Shown: positions 19,089-28,901 of the stretch, one piece after another | Layout of the letters: every line of letters starts with the position of its first letter | How positions within the stretch are numbered: position 1 is the stretch's first letter | DNA from: Candidatus Nomurabacteria bacterium | GTDB taxonomy: Bacteria; Patescibacteriota; Minisyncoccia; Phycocordibacterales; SBAW01 | Assembly: GCA_943356415.1 (NCBI GenBank) | Contig: CALREW010000001.1 | Span: 149,252-213,251, forward strand | Length of the DNA stretch: 64,000 nt | Direction: 5' to 3' | The notes under the pieces: model-generated | Told to the model about the DNA's origin: nothing | Databases searched by the model: none | What the model saw: the letters and a program-made list of their open reading frames with translations, nothing else | Position numbers and translations under genes: made by a program

Positions 19089-20336
19089 CTACTTGCCCGT
19101 GAGGAGGAACTCTACTGCTCGGTCTAATTGAGGATCCTTATTCGCCTTCATATCGTCTATCGTTCTATCAACTTCAATATCCGGAGTGAGTCCCTGCTGC
19201 GAGATTGAATGGCCGCTCGGAGTGAGCCACTTTGCGATAGTGATCTTAAGCGACGCACCGCCACCAAGATCTACCAGTTCTTGCACAGAGCCTTTGCCGA
19301 AACTCTTCATACCGATAAGGGTTGCTACACCATGGTCCTTAAGTGCTCCTGCAAGAATTTCCGAAGCCGATGCCGAACCCTGGTTTATAAGCACCACCAT
19401 CTTGAGGTCAATACCTCGAGTGCGTATAACGTTGTATCCGCGACTCTTGTGCTCTTCGTTTTTCTGCGTGCCATTGTAGTCCTCGGTCACAATCACATCT
19501 CCCAGCGGCAAGAAGTAGCTGGCCATATCTACTGACGATTCAAGGAACCCTCCTGGGTTGCCACGAAGGTCGAGCACGAGACGTGTGCTGCCAGACTCAA
19601 TAAACTGACGCATCGCTTCTTTAAACTTGGGAGAGGCAAGCGAGGAGAAGTTATAGAGCGATATCACGAAGACACCGTCTGGACGATGAACAACTTTAAT
19701 AGTCGGTGCTTCAATCGTTGCGCGTGTTATCTTGAGCTCCTTTGCTTCCTGTTTGTCGTGGGCAACCAAAAGACGAACGACGCTATCTACCGGTCCGCGA
19801 ATGCGTTTAACGGCTTCGTCTACTGACATACCGTCCGTTGGTACGCCGTCGACAGCGATTATCTTGTCTCCCGTGAGAATACCCGCGCGTTCAGCCGGAG
19901 AATTCGGAATCGGCGCTACTACCGTGATTGCGCGATCTTGAATACCTATTTCCATACCAACACCAGAGAAACTTCCTTGCACTTGCTCAGTAAAGGCTTT
20001 GTTTTCCTCGGGCGGCAAAAAGACGGTGTACGGGTCTCCGTAGGAACGGGTCAGTCCTTCAATAGCACCCCAGATTTTTTCCTGGTCTGTTGCACGAGTT
20101 GAAGACGCCGTTGTTGAAACAAAACGGTCATTGAGAAGCTGCCACGCGACCCAAAGCTGGGTGAGATCAACTCCTTCTGGCGCTTTGCCAGTTCCAACAA
20201 AAAAAGTAGAGAAGTTGGCGGCTTGCGACGAACTGCGCGCCACGCCAACCGCTATACCTGCACCGAATGACGAAAATACAAGAACGGCAGCTATAACCGC
20301 CGAAGATACGCGGAAGCGCCTGTTTGGAGTCTGCAT
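19089..20336 (-). CDS. S41 C-terminal processing protease
   Basis: DPYT, PDZ domain, DLRGNPGG, SASASEI, FGKGSVQ. Confidence 0.93.
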   Translation of the reverse strand: MQTPNRRFRVSSAVIAAVLVFSSFGAGIAVGVARSSSQAANFSTFFVGTGKAPEGVDLTQLWVAWQLLNDRFVSTTASSTRATDQEKIWGAIEGLTRSYGDPYTVFLPPEENKAFTEQVQGSFSGVGMEIGIQDRAITVVAPIPNSPAERAGILTGDKIIAVDGVPTDGMSVDEAVKRIRGPVDSVVRLLVAHDKQEAKELKITRATIEAPTIKVVHRPDGVFVISLYNFSSLASPKFKEAMRQFIESGSTRLVLDLRGNPGGFLESSVDMASYFLPLGDVIVTEDYNGTQKNEEHKSRGYNVIRTRGIDLKMVVLINQGSASASEILAGALKDHGVATLIGMKSFGKGSVQELVDLGGGASLKITIAKWLTPSGHSISQQGLTPDIEVDRTIDDMKANKDPQLDRAVEFLLTGK

Positions 20337-20399
20337 TTGCCTATTTTCTCACAGTCTCGACGCGAGAACAAATTTTCTCGCGCTATACTGTGTTGACGT

Positions 20400-21311
20400 A
20401 TGCTCGCGCGCCACACCTTAAAGGGAATGACGTGGATCGACCTTGAGTCGCCAACCCCGACTGAAGTGCGCACCCTCATGCACGAGCACGATATCCATCC
20501 GTCCGTTGCCGAAGAGCTTCTTAAGCCGTCGCTTAAATCAAAAGCAGAACGGTATGAAAACTGCCTCTATGTGATACTCCACTTCCCCACCGCGCTTGGC
20601 CGCAGCGCTGCGCACGCGCAAGAAGTAGACTTCGTTCTCGGAAAGGACTACCTCATAACAACGCGTTACGAAGAAGTAGATCCACTCTTTAAATTCTCGC
20701 GCATCTTCGAAGCCAGCGCACTTATCGAACATGGTGACGCAAGCAACCGTGCCGGTTACACGTTTTGCATGATGCTGCGCAATATCTATCAAGCGCTCGA
20801 ATCTGAGCTTGAGACCGTTTCATCGATGCTTTCCCGGGCTGAAAACCGTATTTTTGAAGGACAGGAGCGTGCGATGGTAACTGAGCTCTCTCGCGCAGCG
20901 CGCATACTCCTCACCTTCAAGCAAACGTTGATGCCACACAAAGATATGCTCGACTCCATCGAAGCGCCCGGCGTGCGTCTCTACGGGCAAGCGTTCGCCT
21001 ACCACCTGCGCGGCATTATGGGTGATTACTTCCGCCTTGCGACCAATTTGCAGAGCGAGCGCGACATACTTGGAGAATTGCGCGCCACCAATGACTCGCT
21101 TCTTACCACCAAACAAAACGAGACGATCAAAAACCTCACCGTGATGGCGTTTATTGCGCTCCCTCTTTCTGTAATTGCCTCACTTTTCGGAATGAACGTA
21201 GAACACACTCCTATCGTAGGGAATCCGAACGACTTCTGGGTGGTCATTATGTTGATGGCTGCGTTCTCAATTGGGCTTCTGTGGTTCTTTAAATATAAAA
21301 AGTGGCTCTAA
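20400..21311 (+). CDS. corA: CorA family Mg2+ transporter
   Basis: WIDL..P, FGMN motif, C-terminal KKWL. Confidence 0.9.
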   Translation: MLARHTLKGMTWIDLESPTPTEVRTLMHEHDIHPSVAEELLKPSLKSKAERYENCLYVILHFPTALGRSAAHAQEVDFVLGKDYLITTRYEEVDPLFKFSRIFEASALIEHGDASNRAGYTFCMMLRNIYQALESELETVSSMLSRAENRIFEGQERAMVTELSRAARILLTFKQTLMPHKDMLDSIEAPGVRLYGQAFAYHLRGIMGDYFRLATNLQSERDILGELRATNDSLLTTKQNETIKNLTVMAFIALPLSVIASLFGMNVEHTPIVGNPNDFWVVIMLMAAFSIGLLWFFKYKKWL

Positions 21312-21358
21312 GCACGAGGCGGTAGCACGCTACCTGCTTAGTTGGTATTCTCTCGTCT

Positions 21359-22825
21359 ATGGGTTTCCTCGGACTATTTAGTAAAAAAGAACCGGCCATT
21401 CAGGCTAAGCTTCGTTTTCACAACACCCTTTCAGACGAACTCGAGGTATTCGAACCGATCGCGGGACCGTCAGTGCGCATGTACAACTGCGGTCCTACTG
21501 TCTATCTCGAGCAGCACATCGGCAATCTCAAGCCATACATATTTGCGGATATTCTTAAACGTACGCTCGTCCTTTGGGGGTATCGAGTAAACCAGGTCAT
21601 CAATATCACCGATGTTGGACATCTCGTTTCAAACGCCGATGAGGGTGAAGACAAAATCGAAAAAGGGGTCCGCGCACGCGGTGGGACGGTAGAAGACTTG
21701 GTTCAAGAAGTAAGTGCCGCATTTTTTTCAGACCTTGATCTGCTTGGCATTAACCGAGCGTCTATTGTTTTCCCGCGCGCAACAGAATACATCGGCGAGC
21801 AAATTGCGTTGGTACATGCGCTCGAAGAAAAGGGTTACACCTACACTATCGAAGAAGACGGTATCTATTTCGACACCAAACGTTTTAAGGACTACGGCAA
21901 GCTCGGTTCTATAAATCTCTCCGGACTTGAAGAAGGAGCGCGCATCGGCGTCGTTCTAGGAAAGCGTAACCCTGCAGACTTCGCACTTTGGAAATTCTCG
22001 CCAAAAGGAGAGAAGCGCTTGCAAGAATGGGACAGCCCCTGGGGCACCGGCTTCCCTGGCTGGCATTTAGAGTGCACCGCCATGATCTTCAAACTTCTTG
22101 GCCGACAGATCGATATCCATACCGGTGGCGTCGACCATATTCCCGTTCACCACAACAACGAGCTCGCACAGGCTGAAGCAGCAACGCAAAAGCAATACGT
22201 TCGCTATTGGATGCACGAAAATTTCATAAACATCGAAGGAAAGAAAATCAGCAAGTCGCTCGGCAATACGATTTACTTGCGTAATATTGTTGAACGCGGT
22301 TTTAATCCGCTCTCCTATCGATACCTCCTCCTTACTGCCCACTACCGCACGCTGATGAATTTCACATGGACAGGACTCGAGGCGGCACAAGCAGCACTCA
22401 CTCGTCTCTACCGCATCTTTTTTGAAGAGCTCCCAACATCCGGCGAAGCGTCACCCGAGTTTATTGCGACGTTTACTGAAGCACTCTCAAACGACCTCGA
22501 TACCCCGAAAGCAATCGCAGCAATGTGGGAGATGCTCAAAGATACAAAAGTCACTCCCGCACAAAAACACGGCAATCTTTTATATGCAGATCGCGTGCTG
22601 GGCTTAGGACTGCGCGATGGAAAAAAACGTCTTTCAGAAATGAAATCGCTTAGTGTATTGCCTGCCTCGGATGTCCCTGCAGAGATACAAAACCGCATCG
22701 ACGCTCGCGAAACGGCACGAAAGGAACGCAATTTCACTGAAGCAGATCGGCTTCGTCAAGAACTCCTTGATTTAGGCTATGAACTGTCGGATAGCCCTAC
22801 CGGGCCCTCAATACGCAAAATATAG
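21359..22825 (+). CDS. cysS: Cysteine--tRNA ligase
   Basis: CGPTVY, HIGN, DFALWK, PGWHLEC, KISKS. Confidence 0.96.
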   Translation: MGFLGLFSKKEPAIQAKLRFHNTLSDELEVFEPIAGPSVRMYNCGPTVYLEQHIGNLKPYIFADILKRTLVLWGYRVNQVINITDVGHLVSNADEGEDKIEKGVRARGGTVEDLVQEVSAAFFSDLDLLGINRASIVFPRATEYIGEQIALVHALEEKGYTYTIEEDGIYFDTKRFKDYGKLGSINLSGLEEGARIGVVLGKRNPADFALWKFSPKGEKRLQEWDSPWGTGFPGWHLECTAMIFKLLGRQIDIHTGGVDHIPVHHNNELAQAEAATQKQYVRYWMHENFINIEGKKISKSLGNTIYLRNIVERGFNPLSYRYLLLTAHYRTLMNFTWTGLEAAQAALTRLYRIFFEELPTSGEASPEFIATFTEALSNDLDTPKAIAAMWEMLKDTKVTPAQKHGNLLYADRVLGLGLRDGKKRLSEMKSLSVLPASDVPAEIQNRIDARETARKERNFTEADRLRQELLDLGYELSDSPTGPSIRKI

Positions 22826-22923
22826 CCTTATATAGAGGCCTGTATTGCTATCCCCTGCTTATCCAGAGGTTATAAAGCGTTGGCAATATTTGTCCCCGAC
22901 ACTGCACAAGGTAGACTGCCGAT

Positions 22924-24300
22924 ATGAAGGACAAGCTCCGTATACCGCCCCAGCAACTTGAATCGGAGAAGGCACTCCTCGGTGCCATCATGATTAAGCC
23001 TGACACGCTCCACGACACCATCGACATGGTGTCGCCGGATGCCTTTTACAGCGAAAAGCATCGCATCATCTACCGCGCGATGGTCGGGCTTTGGGGCAAG
23101 AACGAGCCGATCGATTTACTTTCGGTTACTTCAAAGCTGAAAGACAGCGGCCAGATGGAGCAAGTCGGTGGTGTCACCTATCTCTCTGAACTTGTTGCCG
23201 GCGTGCCTGCGGCAAGCAACGCCAAACATTACGCGGGCATCGTGCAGAAGAAGTTTATGCTCCGCAATCTTATTGATGCGGGTGAATATATCGCTGAACT
23301 TGGGTATGACGAATCTTCTGATGTTGAAGAGACACTCGATAAAGCGGAGAAAAAAGTCTATGAGGTAACCAACGCCCCAACGCTCCACAAATTTGTTTCG
23401 ATGCGCGAAAGTTTGACCGAAGCATGGGCTCGCCTCGAACACCTTTCAAATTCTAAAGACGAGATGCGCGGCGTGAAAACCGGTTTCAAAGACCTCGACA
23501 ACTTGCTCGCAGGCTTGCAGAAGTCCGACCTCGTCATCCTTGCGGCGCGTCCTTCCATGGGTAAGACGGCACTCGCGCTCGACATTGCACGCCAAGCAGC
23601 AATCAACCAAAGCACGGTTGTCGGCCTGTTCTCACTTGAAATGAGTTCGCAGCAGTTGGTAGACCGTATGGTTTCTGCGGAAGCAAAAGTTAACTCGTGG
23701 AACCTTCGTATCGGTCGCGGACTTGATGCTGACGACTTCGAAAAAATACGCGATGCGTATGACCGTCTTTCAAAAGCACCCATCTTTATCGACGACAAAG
23801 CAGCTAACAACGTGCTCAACATGCGCGCTGTTGCTCGACGATTGAAACGCGAACAGGGATTGGGTCTTATCGTTGTCGACTACCTCCAGCTGATGGCCCC
23901 AACTAACGCACGCGGTACGGACTCGATGGTGCAGCAAGTAACCGAAATATCACGCTCGCTCAAACAACTGGCACGCGAGCTTGAAGTCCCCGTGCTCGCA
24001 CTCTCACAGCTCTCTCGTGCCGTTGAACAGCGACGCGGCCGCCCTCGCCTCTCTGACCTTCGCGACTCAGGTTCGATCGAACAAGACGCTGACGTCGTTA
24101 TGTTTATTCACCGTGAAGATAAAATGTCCGACAACCAAGATAGACCAAACATCGCTGAAATATTAGTAGAAAAACACCGCAACGGTCCGGTGGGCAAAGT
24201 AGAGCTCTACTTCGATGAAAAGCGAACCACCTTCCTCTCGGTAGATAAGAGCGACTTTGGAGCGTTTGAAACTGCAGCTTCCTCTAGCAGCGAGTTCTAG
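22924..24300 (+). CDS. dnaB: Replicative DNA helicase
   Basis: AARPSMGKT, DYLQL, LSDLRDSGSIEQDAD, KHRNG. Confidence 0.97.
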   Translation: MKDKLRIPPQQLESEKALLGAIMIKPDTLHDTIDMVSPDAFYSEKHRIIYRAMVGLWGKNEPIDLLSVTSKLKDSGQMEQVGGVTYLSELVAGVPAASNAKHYAGIVQKKFMLRNLIDAGEYIAELGYDESSDVEETLDKAEKKVYEVTNAPTLHKFVSMRESLTEAWARLEHLSNSKDEMRGVKTGFKDLDNLLAGLQKSDLVILAARPSMGKTALALDIARQAAINQSTVVGLFSLEMSSQQLVDRMVSAEAKVNSWNLRIGRGLDADDFEKIRDAYDRLSKAPIFIDDKAANNVLNMRAVARRLKREQGLGLIVVDYLQLMAPTNARGTDSMVQQVTEISRSLKQLARELEVPVLALSQLSRAVEQRRGRPRLSDLRDSGSIEQDADVVMFIHREDKMSDNQDRPNIAEILVEKHRNGPVGKVELYFDEKRTTFLSVDKSDFGAFETAASSSSEF

Positions 24301-24337
24301 ATTTACCATTTGATACTTCATACGCCATACTTTCTTT

Positions 24338-24943
24338 ATGTCCCCGCTCGATAGACTCACTGAACTCTTCCGTGACTTCCCCGGCATTGGTCCGCGCCAA
24401 GCACGACGTTTCGTATATTTTCTCCTTGCGGCAAATCCTAACTACCGCCGCGAACTAGCAAAACTTATTGAAACGAGCGCTGCGGATATCGCGCAATGTG
24501 AGTCATGTTTTCGCTATTTCCCAAAAGATCGACAGCCCTCACCTTTTTGTCGCATCTGCAAAGATCCTGGCCGTGACCAGACGTCTCTTATGGCAGTCGA
24601 GCGCGATGTAGACATTGAAAGCATCGAGCGTTCCGGTGCGTTTAAAGGGCGTTATTTTGTGCTCGGTGGAACCATACCCCTTGCTTCAGAAGAGCCAGAA
24701 AAGTTTGTTCGTCTCCGCGAACTACGCGCCGCAGCAGAACGCCCAGAGCTTAAGGAAATAGTGCTTGGTTTCTCAGCAACGACTGAAGGAGACCACACGC
24801 GTTTGCTTGCAGAAGAATGGTTAAAAGGGGTGCAAGAAAAAGGATTGCGTGTCACGGTCCTCGGCCGCGGTCTTTCAACTGGCTCTGAACTTGAGTACGC
24901 AGACCCCGAAACGATTAAAGCCGCAATACTCGGTAAAAAGTAG
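24338..24943 (+). CDS. recR: Recombination mediator RecR
   Basis: PGIG HhH; C4 zinc finger; TOPRIM; ELEYAD. Confidence 0.93.
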   Translation: MSPLDRLTELFRDFPGIGPRQARRFVYFLLAANPNYRRELAKLIETSAADIAQCESCFRYFPKDRQPSPFCRICKDPGRDQTSLMAVERDVDIESIERSGAFKGRYFVLGGTIPLASEEPEKFVRLRELRAAAERPELKEIVLGFSATTEGDHTRLLAEEWLKGVQEKGLRVTVLGRGLSTGSELEYADPETIKAAILGKK

Positions 24944-24992
24944 AAGCGACAAGCCCCGCCCCCAAGTAGTTCGGGGCGGGGCATAAACAGGG

Positions 24993-25616
24993 TCACGTGA
25001 TACGTACGCGGCCCTCGAGCTTCGTAACCAAGGCCCTCACGTTGCGCGCGAGGATGCCCGAGTACGTGTGCTTCCACTCGTCTGAAGCATCTCGCTTCGC
25101 CAGCAATAGGTCGAACGCGCTGGCATACGTGGTGAAATGCCACATGGCCATCTTCGTCAGCATGTCGCCACGTGCTGCATCCATCATTGTGAAGCCTGCG
25201 CTAGCTGCAGGAGATGGTGTGAACTCGAAGAAGAGTCCATCATCGTCATCGGGGGCAACGGACCACAGAAGACCCGAAGGCCATGTGTTGCAATCCCGGA
25301 TGGAAATGTTGAGTGCGCTGCCGACGAGTGGATTGAGGTCCCGCAGCAGCAGATACGTCGTGGCCTGCAATATGGACATCATCTGTTCGGGCTTCTCCGA
25401 GTTTGGGTTCTCGGCAAAATCCCGGAAGGCGGCATCGAGCGGCCGAACCAACGATGTGAAAATCTGCTCCATCCACATCCCGAGCGACTCCGCTTCGCGC
25501 TTCTTTCCATAGCAGGTAATCGACGCAGAATGCGAGAGCCTGAGATGCAGTTTCCACTGTTGCGGCGGCACGCCCTTCGCATCGAAGACGGCCCGCAAGT
25601 CACTTGTAAAGCGCAC
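24993..25616 (-). CDS. Hypothetical protein (solo unit)
   Basis: 207 aa; GGAGG SD before GTG; hairpin at 24953-24982. Confidence 0.7.
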   Translation of the reverse strand: MRFTSDLRAVFDAKGVPPQQWKLHLRLSHSASITCYGKKREAESLGMWMEQIFTSLVRPLDAAFRDFAENPNSEKPEQMMSILQATTYLLLRDLNPLVGSALNISIRDCNTWPSGLLWSVAPDDDDGLFFEFTPSPAASAGFTMMDAARGDMLTKMAMWHFTTYASAFDLLLAKRDASDEWKHTYSGILARNVRALVTKLEGRVRIT

Positions 25617-25698
25617 GGCGCGCCTCCATTGCGTGAGGGGTAAAAAGGATTATTGGGCTAGAAAGAATAGCCGCAGTCAGGATGCAACAAATACCTCA

Positions 25699-25736
25699 AA
25701 ACAACAAGACCCACCGAGTGGTGGGTCTTGTTGTTT
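25699..25736 (-). terminator. rplU terminator
   Basis: AAACAACAAGACCCACC-GAGT-GGTGGGTCTTGTTGTTT. Confidence 0.85.
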
Positions 25737-25740
25737 GAAA

Positions 25741-26115
25741 TTAGGCTACTTTGCCTATCTTCACTTCAAAATACGGTTGGCGATGACCGCGCTTCTTAAA
25801 ATAGCGACTCTTGGCTTTGTATTTGATGACCGTAACTTTGTCTGCTTTAGCGATAGCAGTGATTTCGGCCGAAACTTTTGCGCCAGCAACGTTCGGGGCA
25901 CCAATCTCAACGCTTTCACCTTTGCCAGTGAGAAGCACGTCTTCAAAGGTGACTGCGTCACCTACTTTGTATCCGCCGAGCATTTTCTCGACACGAAGTT
26001 TCATTCCCTCGGAGACGAGGTACTGCTTACCGCCAGTGGCGATAATCGCGTAAGTATCAGCCTTAGCCTTCGGGGCTTTCTTAGCCTTAACTGGGGCCTT
26101 TTTTGTAGTTGCCAT
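25741..26115 (-). CDS. rplU: 50S ribosomal protein L21 with Lys/Ala-rich N-terminal extension
   Basis: YAIIATGGKQY, GHRQPY; ATG at 26115. Confidence 0.95.
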   Translation of the reverse strand: MATTKKAPVKAKKAPKAKADTYAIIATGGKQYLVSEGMKLRVEKMLGGYKVGDAVTFEDVLLTGKGESVEIGAPNVAGAKVSAEITAIAKADKVTVIKYKAKSRYFKKRGHRQPYFEVKIGKVA

Positions 26116-26172
26116 AACGCGGCCTACTATACGCAAAATGGCCTAAAAAGGCAACCTTCTTTACTTACCCTA

Positions 26173-26200
26173 TTGACAAAAATATAAAGAAGTGTACTCT
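26173..26200 (+). promoter_or_regulatory. sigma70-like promoter
   Basis: TTGACA-16-TACTCT with TG just upstream of the -10. Confidence 0.7.
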
Positions 26201-26625
26201 GCTTGTGCGTCCGTAGATGACGCTCGGGCTACCGGTTCTCCGTCTTTACGGATTCTGGGCTTCTCCTCCTCCGGCGAGGGTCGCACAAATAGCCTGATCT
26301 TGCAGAAGTCCGGATGCTCTTTTTTTCGCTTCACCAGTCCGACGAAGGACACCGGTGGGCGGATGCCCGGGCTATAGGCAGACTTTGGTCAGTTCGTCGA
26401 CCAAGGGAGCACTATAGGCACCAGTCCCTGAAATGGGAATTCTCTGGGGCGTCTTCGCGGACGATCTCCCTTTAGGGCGGACTTGGAACGAGCGTTCGGT
26501 GCTGCAGCACCTACGCATGGGATATACGGGGAGCGCTTCAGCGACGAACTCCCTATGGCCCCTCCAAACTCCGGCACCATGCGCCAGTCGCGCCAGTCTC
26601 CTTGCGGGATTGGCGCTTCTCTTTT
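26201..26625 (+). ncRNA. Candidate ~420-nt structured non-coding RNA
   Basis: Own promoter; nested stems; terminal terminator 26590-26625; no credible ORF. Confidence 0.55.
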
Positions 26626-27707
26626 TATTCCTCCCCTACGGCAGGACGTTCTAACGCAGCAACTTCAAGACCGGGTGCTGCGCCCGCAATTTTTAATACA
26701 TCTTTGTCTATCTTCTTCAATTCTTTACCAGCAGCGTTGTAGTGGTTAACCGTTGTTGAAAGTGCGTTGCCAAGTTTTCCGTAATATTCTTCGTACGCTT
26801 TCAAGTGCTTGCCGAGATCGCCCACCTTTCCAATAATCTGTGTGGCAGTTTCTTCTATCTGCATGGCGCGTAACCCCTGAAGTACCGTCTGGAGATATGC
26901 GAGGAATGATGTCGGAGAAACAATAATGACTTTGTATTTGCTCGCAGCGCGCTGGATAAGGTTCTCAGTATCTTCAGTCTTAAGCGCACCGACTTTGTTC
27001 GTTAGCAAGTCGTAGTAGATGGCTTCGTGTGGAATAAACATAAACGCAAAGTCCAGCGTGCCCTTACTCGGTTGAATATATTTTGCCGTTTCAACAATAC
27101 GATTCTTTAAATCATTCACGAATACTTTTTCGAGGCGATCCCGCTCTGCAGGCTCGCTGGCTTCAACCATCTTGTTATAGTTCTCGAGCGAAAACTTCGA
27201 GTCCACCGGAATAATTTTTTCCTTCACAAACACCACCGCGTCAGGGATGAGGTCTCCCCCATCTTCATCTTTACCCAATTTGTACTGCATTTCATATGAG
27301 CCGGGCGGTAGCACGTTCTTCAAAAGCGTCTCGAGGTAATACTCACCGAGGATTCCTCGTTGTTTTGGATTTTTCAAAATATCTTGAAGACTCTGCAGTT
27401 GCTCTGCAAATCCCTCAACACGCCGCCCAGTCTCTTTAACAAACGTAAGTTCCGCGGTGATTTCCTTGATAAGTCGGGATGATTCTCCGTGTTGGCTCGT
27501 GACCGCTTCGTGCATTTGCTTTGAAGACTCCGTCACACGACTATCGAGCGTACGCGCAAGCTCTTGTATCTGGTTTTGCAGGAGAACTAATCCACGGTCA
27601 GCGTTTGGGTCAACAGGAGCAGCCTGTTTGCTTCGCTGCCACAGTAGATAGACGAGCGAAACATTCCCCAAAACAACCACGATAAGTATGCCGATAAGGA
27701 CTTCCAT
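26625..27707 (-). CDS. rmuC: DNA recombination protein RmuC
   Basis: KQRGILGE, PD, VDSKF, FMFIPHE, SPTS. Confidence 0.93.
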   Translation of the reverse strand: MEVLIGILIVVVLGNVSLVYLLWQRSKQAAPVDPNADRGLVLLQNQIQELARTLDSRVTESSKQMHEAVTSQHGESSRLIKEITAELTFVKETGRRVEGFAEQLQSLQDILKNPKQRGILGEYYLETLLKNVLPPGSYEMQYKLGKDEDGGDLIPDAVVFVKEKIIPVDSKFSLENYNKMVEASEPAERDRLEKVFVNDLKNRIVETAKYIQPSKGTLDFAFMFIPHEAIYYDLLTNKVGALKTEDTENLIQRAASKYKVIIVSPTSFLAYLQTVLQGLRAMQIEETATQIIGKVGDLGKHLKAYEEYYGKLGNALSTTVNHYNAAGKELKKIDKDVLKIAGAAPGLEVAALERPAVGEE

Positions 27708-27808
27708 GCCGATATCATACCGCGACCCGTAGATGCACCCGACTTGCCATCTTGGATAAATGTTGTGTAGGCTCGAAGTGGATCCCGAAACAACCTGACG
27801 GTGATGTG

Positions 27809-28264
27809 ATGAATCGAGAGATGCTCTACGCGTTTGCGGCCATGCTCCTGAGCGCGCCGCTTCTCATGGCCGTTCCGTTCTTCGAGTACAAGTACGGGAC
27901 GCCCAAAGCCGTGACGACGCTCTCCTGGTTCGCCGGAGAGATTGGCGTCATCGCCATCGTCGCGGTCGCGACGGGCCAGTTGAAGCCCCTGGCGGGCTAC
28001 ACCGGCAACCCTGGCATGTGGCTCGCACTTGTCGGCGGAGCTGTCATCGGAACCGGAGCGCTCTTCTGCATGATGAAGGCATTCGGCGGGGACGAACCGG
28101 CTGCTATCGTCATGACCATCGCAAACGCCAACCCGGCTGTCGCGGTGTTGGGGCTCATGTTCCTCGGCCTCGTCGTCAAGGACTTCCCCACCGGAATCAG
28201 CGACAAGCAGACCTTCGGGGTCTTCCTGTCGATACCGGTCTTCTACCTCCTCGCCTCGAAGTAG
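27809..28264 (+). CDS. EamA/DMT-like five-TM protein (solo unit)
   Basis: TTGCCA-18-TAGGCT; ANP motif in TM4; hairpin at 28290-28312. Confidence 0.72.
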   Translation: MNREMLYAFAAMLLSAPLLMAVPFFEYKYGTPKAVTTLSWFAGEIGVIAIVAVATGQLKPLAGYTGNPGMWLALVGGAVIGTGALFCMMKAFGGDEPAAIVMTIANANPAVAVLGLMFLGLVVKDFPTGISDKQTFGVFLSIPVFYLLASK

Positions 28265-28337
28265 TTCGCAGGCGACACCAGAAATCCACCCTCTCGCCGC
28301 GCGGCGAGAGGTTTGTGTTTTTTGCTATACTAATTTT

Positions 28338-28790
28338 ATGACCCACCAAGAACTTCGCGACTCCGTTAAAGCTGCCATGCTCGCAAAAGACTCTGTTCGT
28401 TTGCTCGTTGTGCGCGGCCTTGTTACCGCTGCAACGAACGACCTTGTTGCAAAGGGACGCAAGCCAACCGAAGAACTTACTCCTGAGGAGCTGGAGGCTA
28501 TTGTGAGCCGCGCTGTAAAACAACGTAAGGACTCGATCGAACAATTTGAAAAAGGCGGTCGTGCAGACTTGGCAGAAACTGAAAAAGCCGAACTTTCAAT
28601 ACTTGAGGCGATGCTTCCCCCGCAGATGTCCGACGCTGAAATAGAAGTGGTGGTGCGCGCAAAGATGGCAGAAATGGGACCAATTGATAAACAGAAATCT
28701 GGCCAGTTTGTAGGCGCAGTTATGAAGGACCTCAAAGGCAAAGCCGAGGGCTCCGCAGTAAAAGCGGTCGTGGAGCGGGTGCTTGGATAA
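28338..28790 (+). CDS. GatB/YqeY domain protein
   Basis: KQRKDSIEQFEKGGRADLAETE. Confidence 0.92.
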   Translation: MTHQELRDSVKAAMLAKDSVRLLVVRGLVTAATNDLVAKGRKPTEELTPEELEAIVSRAVKQRKDSIEQFEKGGRADLAETEKAELSILEAMLPPQMSDAEIEVVVRAKMAEMGPIDKQKSGQFVGAVMKDLKGKAEGSAVKAVVERVLG

Positions 28791-28901
28791 ACTTGACGGA
28801 CCTCACTTTCTAACGAATAATCTTTGCAGATGGAATCTCGCCCAAAAAACAACAAACGGGCACCGAGAGAATCCACCCCGCAACCAAGAGACGAGGCATC
28901 G

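Noticed and set aside
6629-26252. 15-bp exact match CTCCGTCTTTACGGA at 6629 and 26238
   Set aside because: A few matches of this length are expected by chance in 64 kb, and there is no flanking similarity.
26300-26320. RNase P-like GAAGTCCGG
   Set aside because: No GAGGAAAGUCC context and no matching 3' P4 strand was found.
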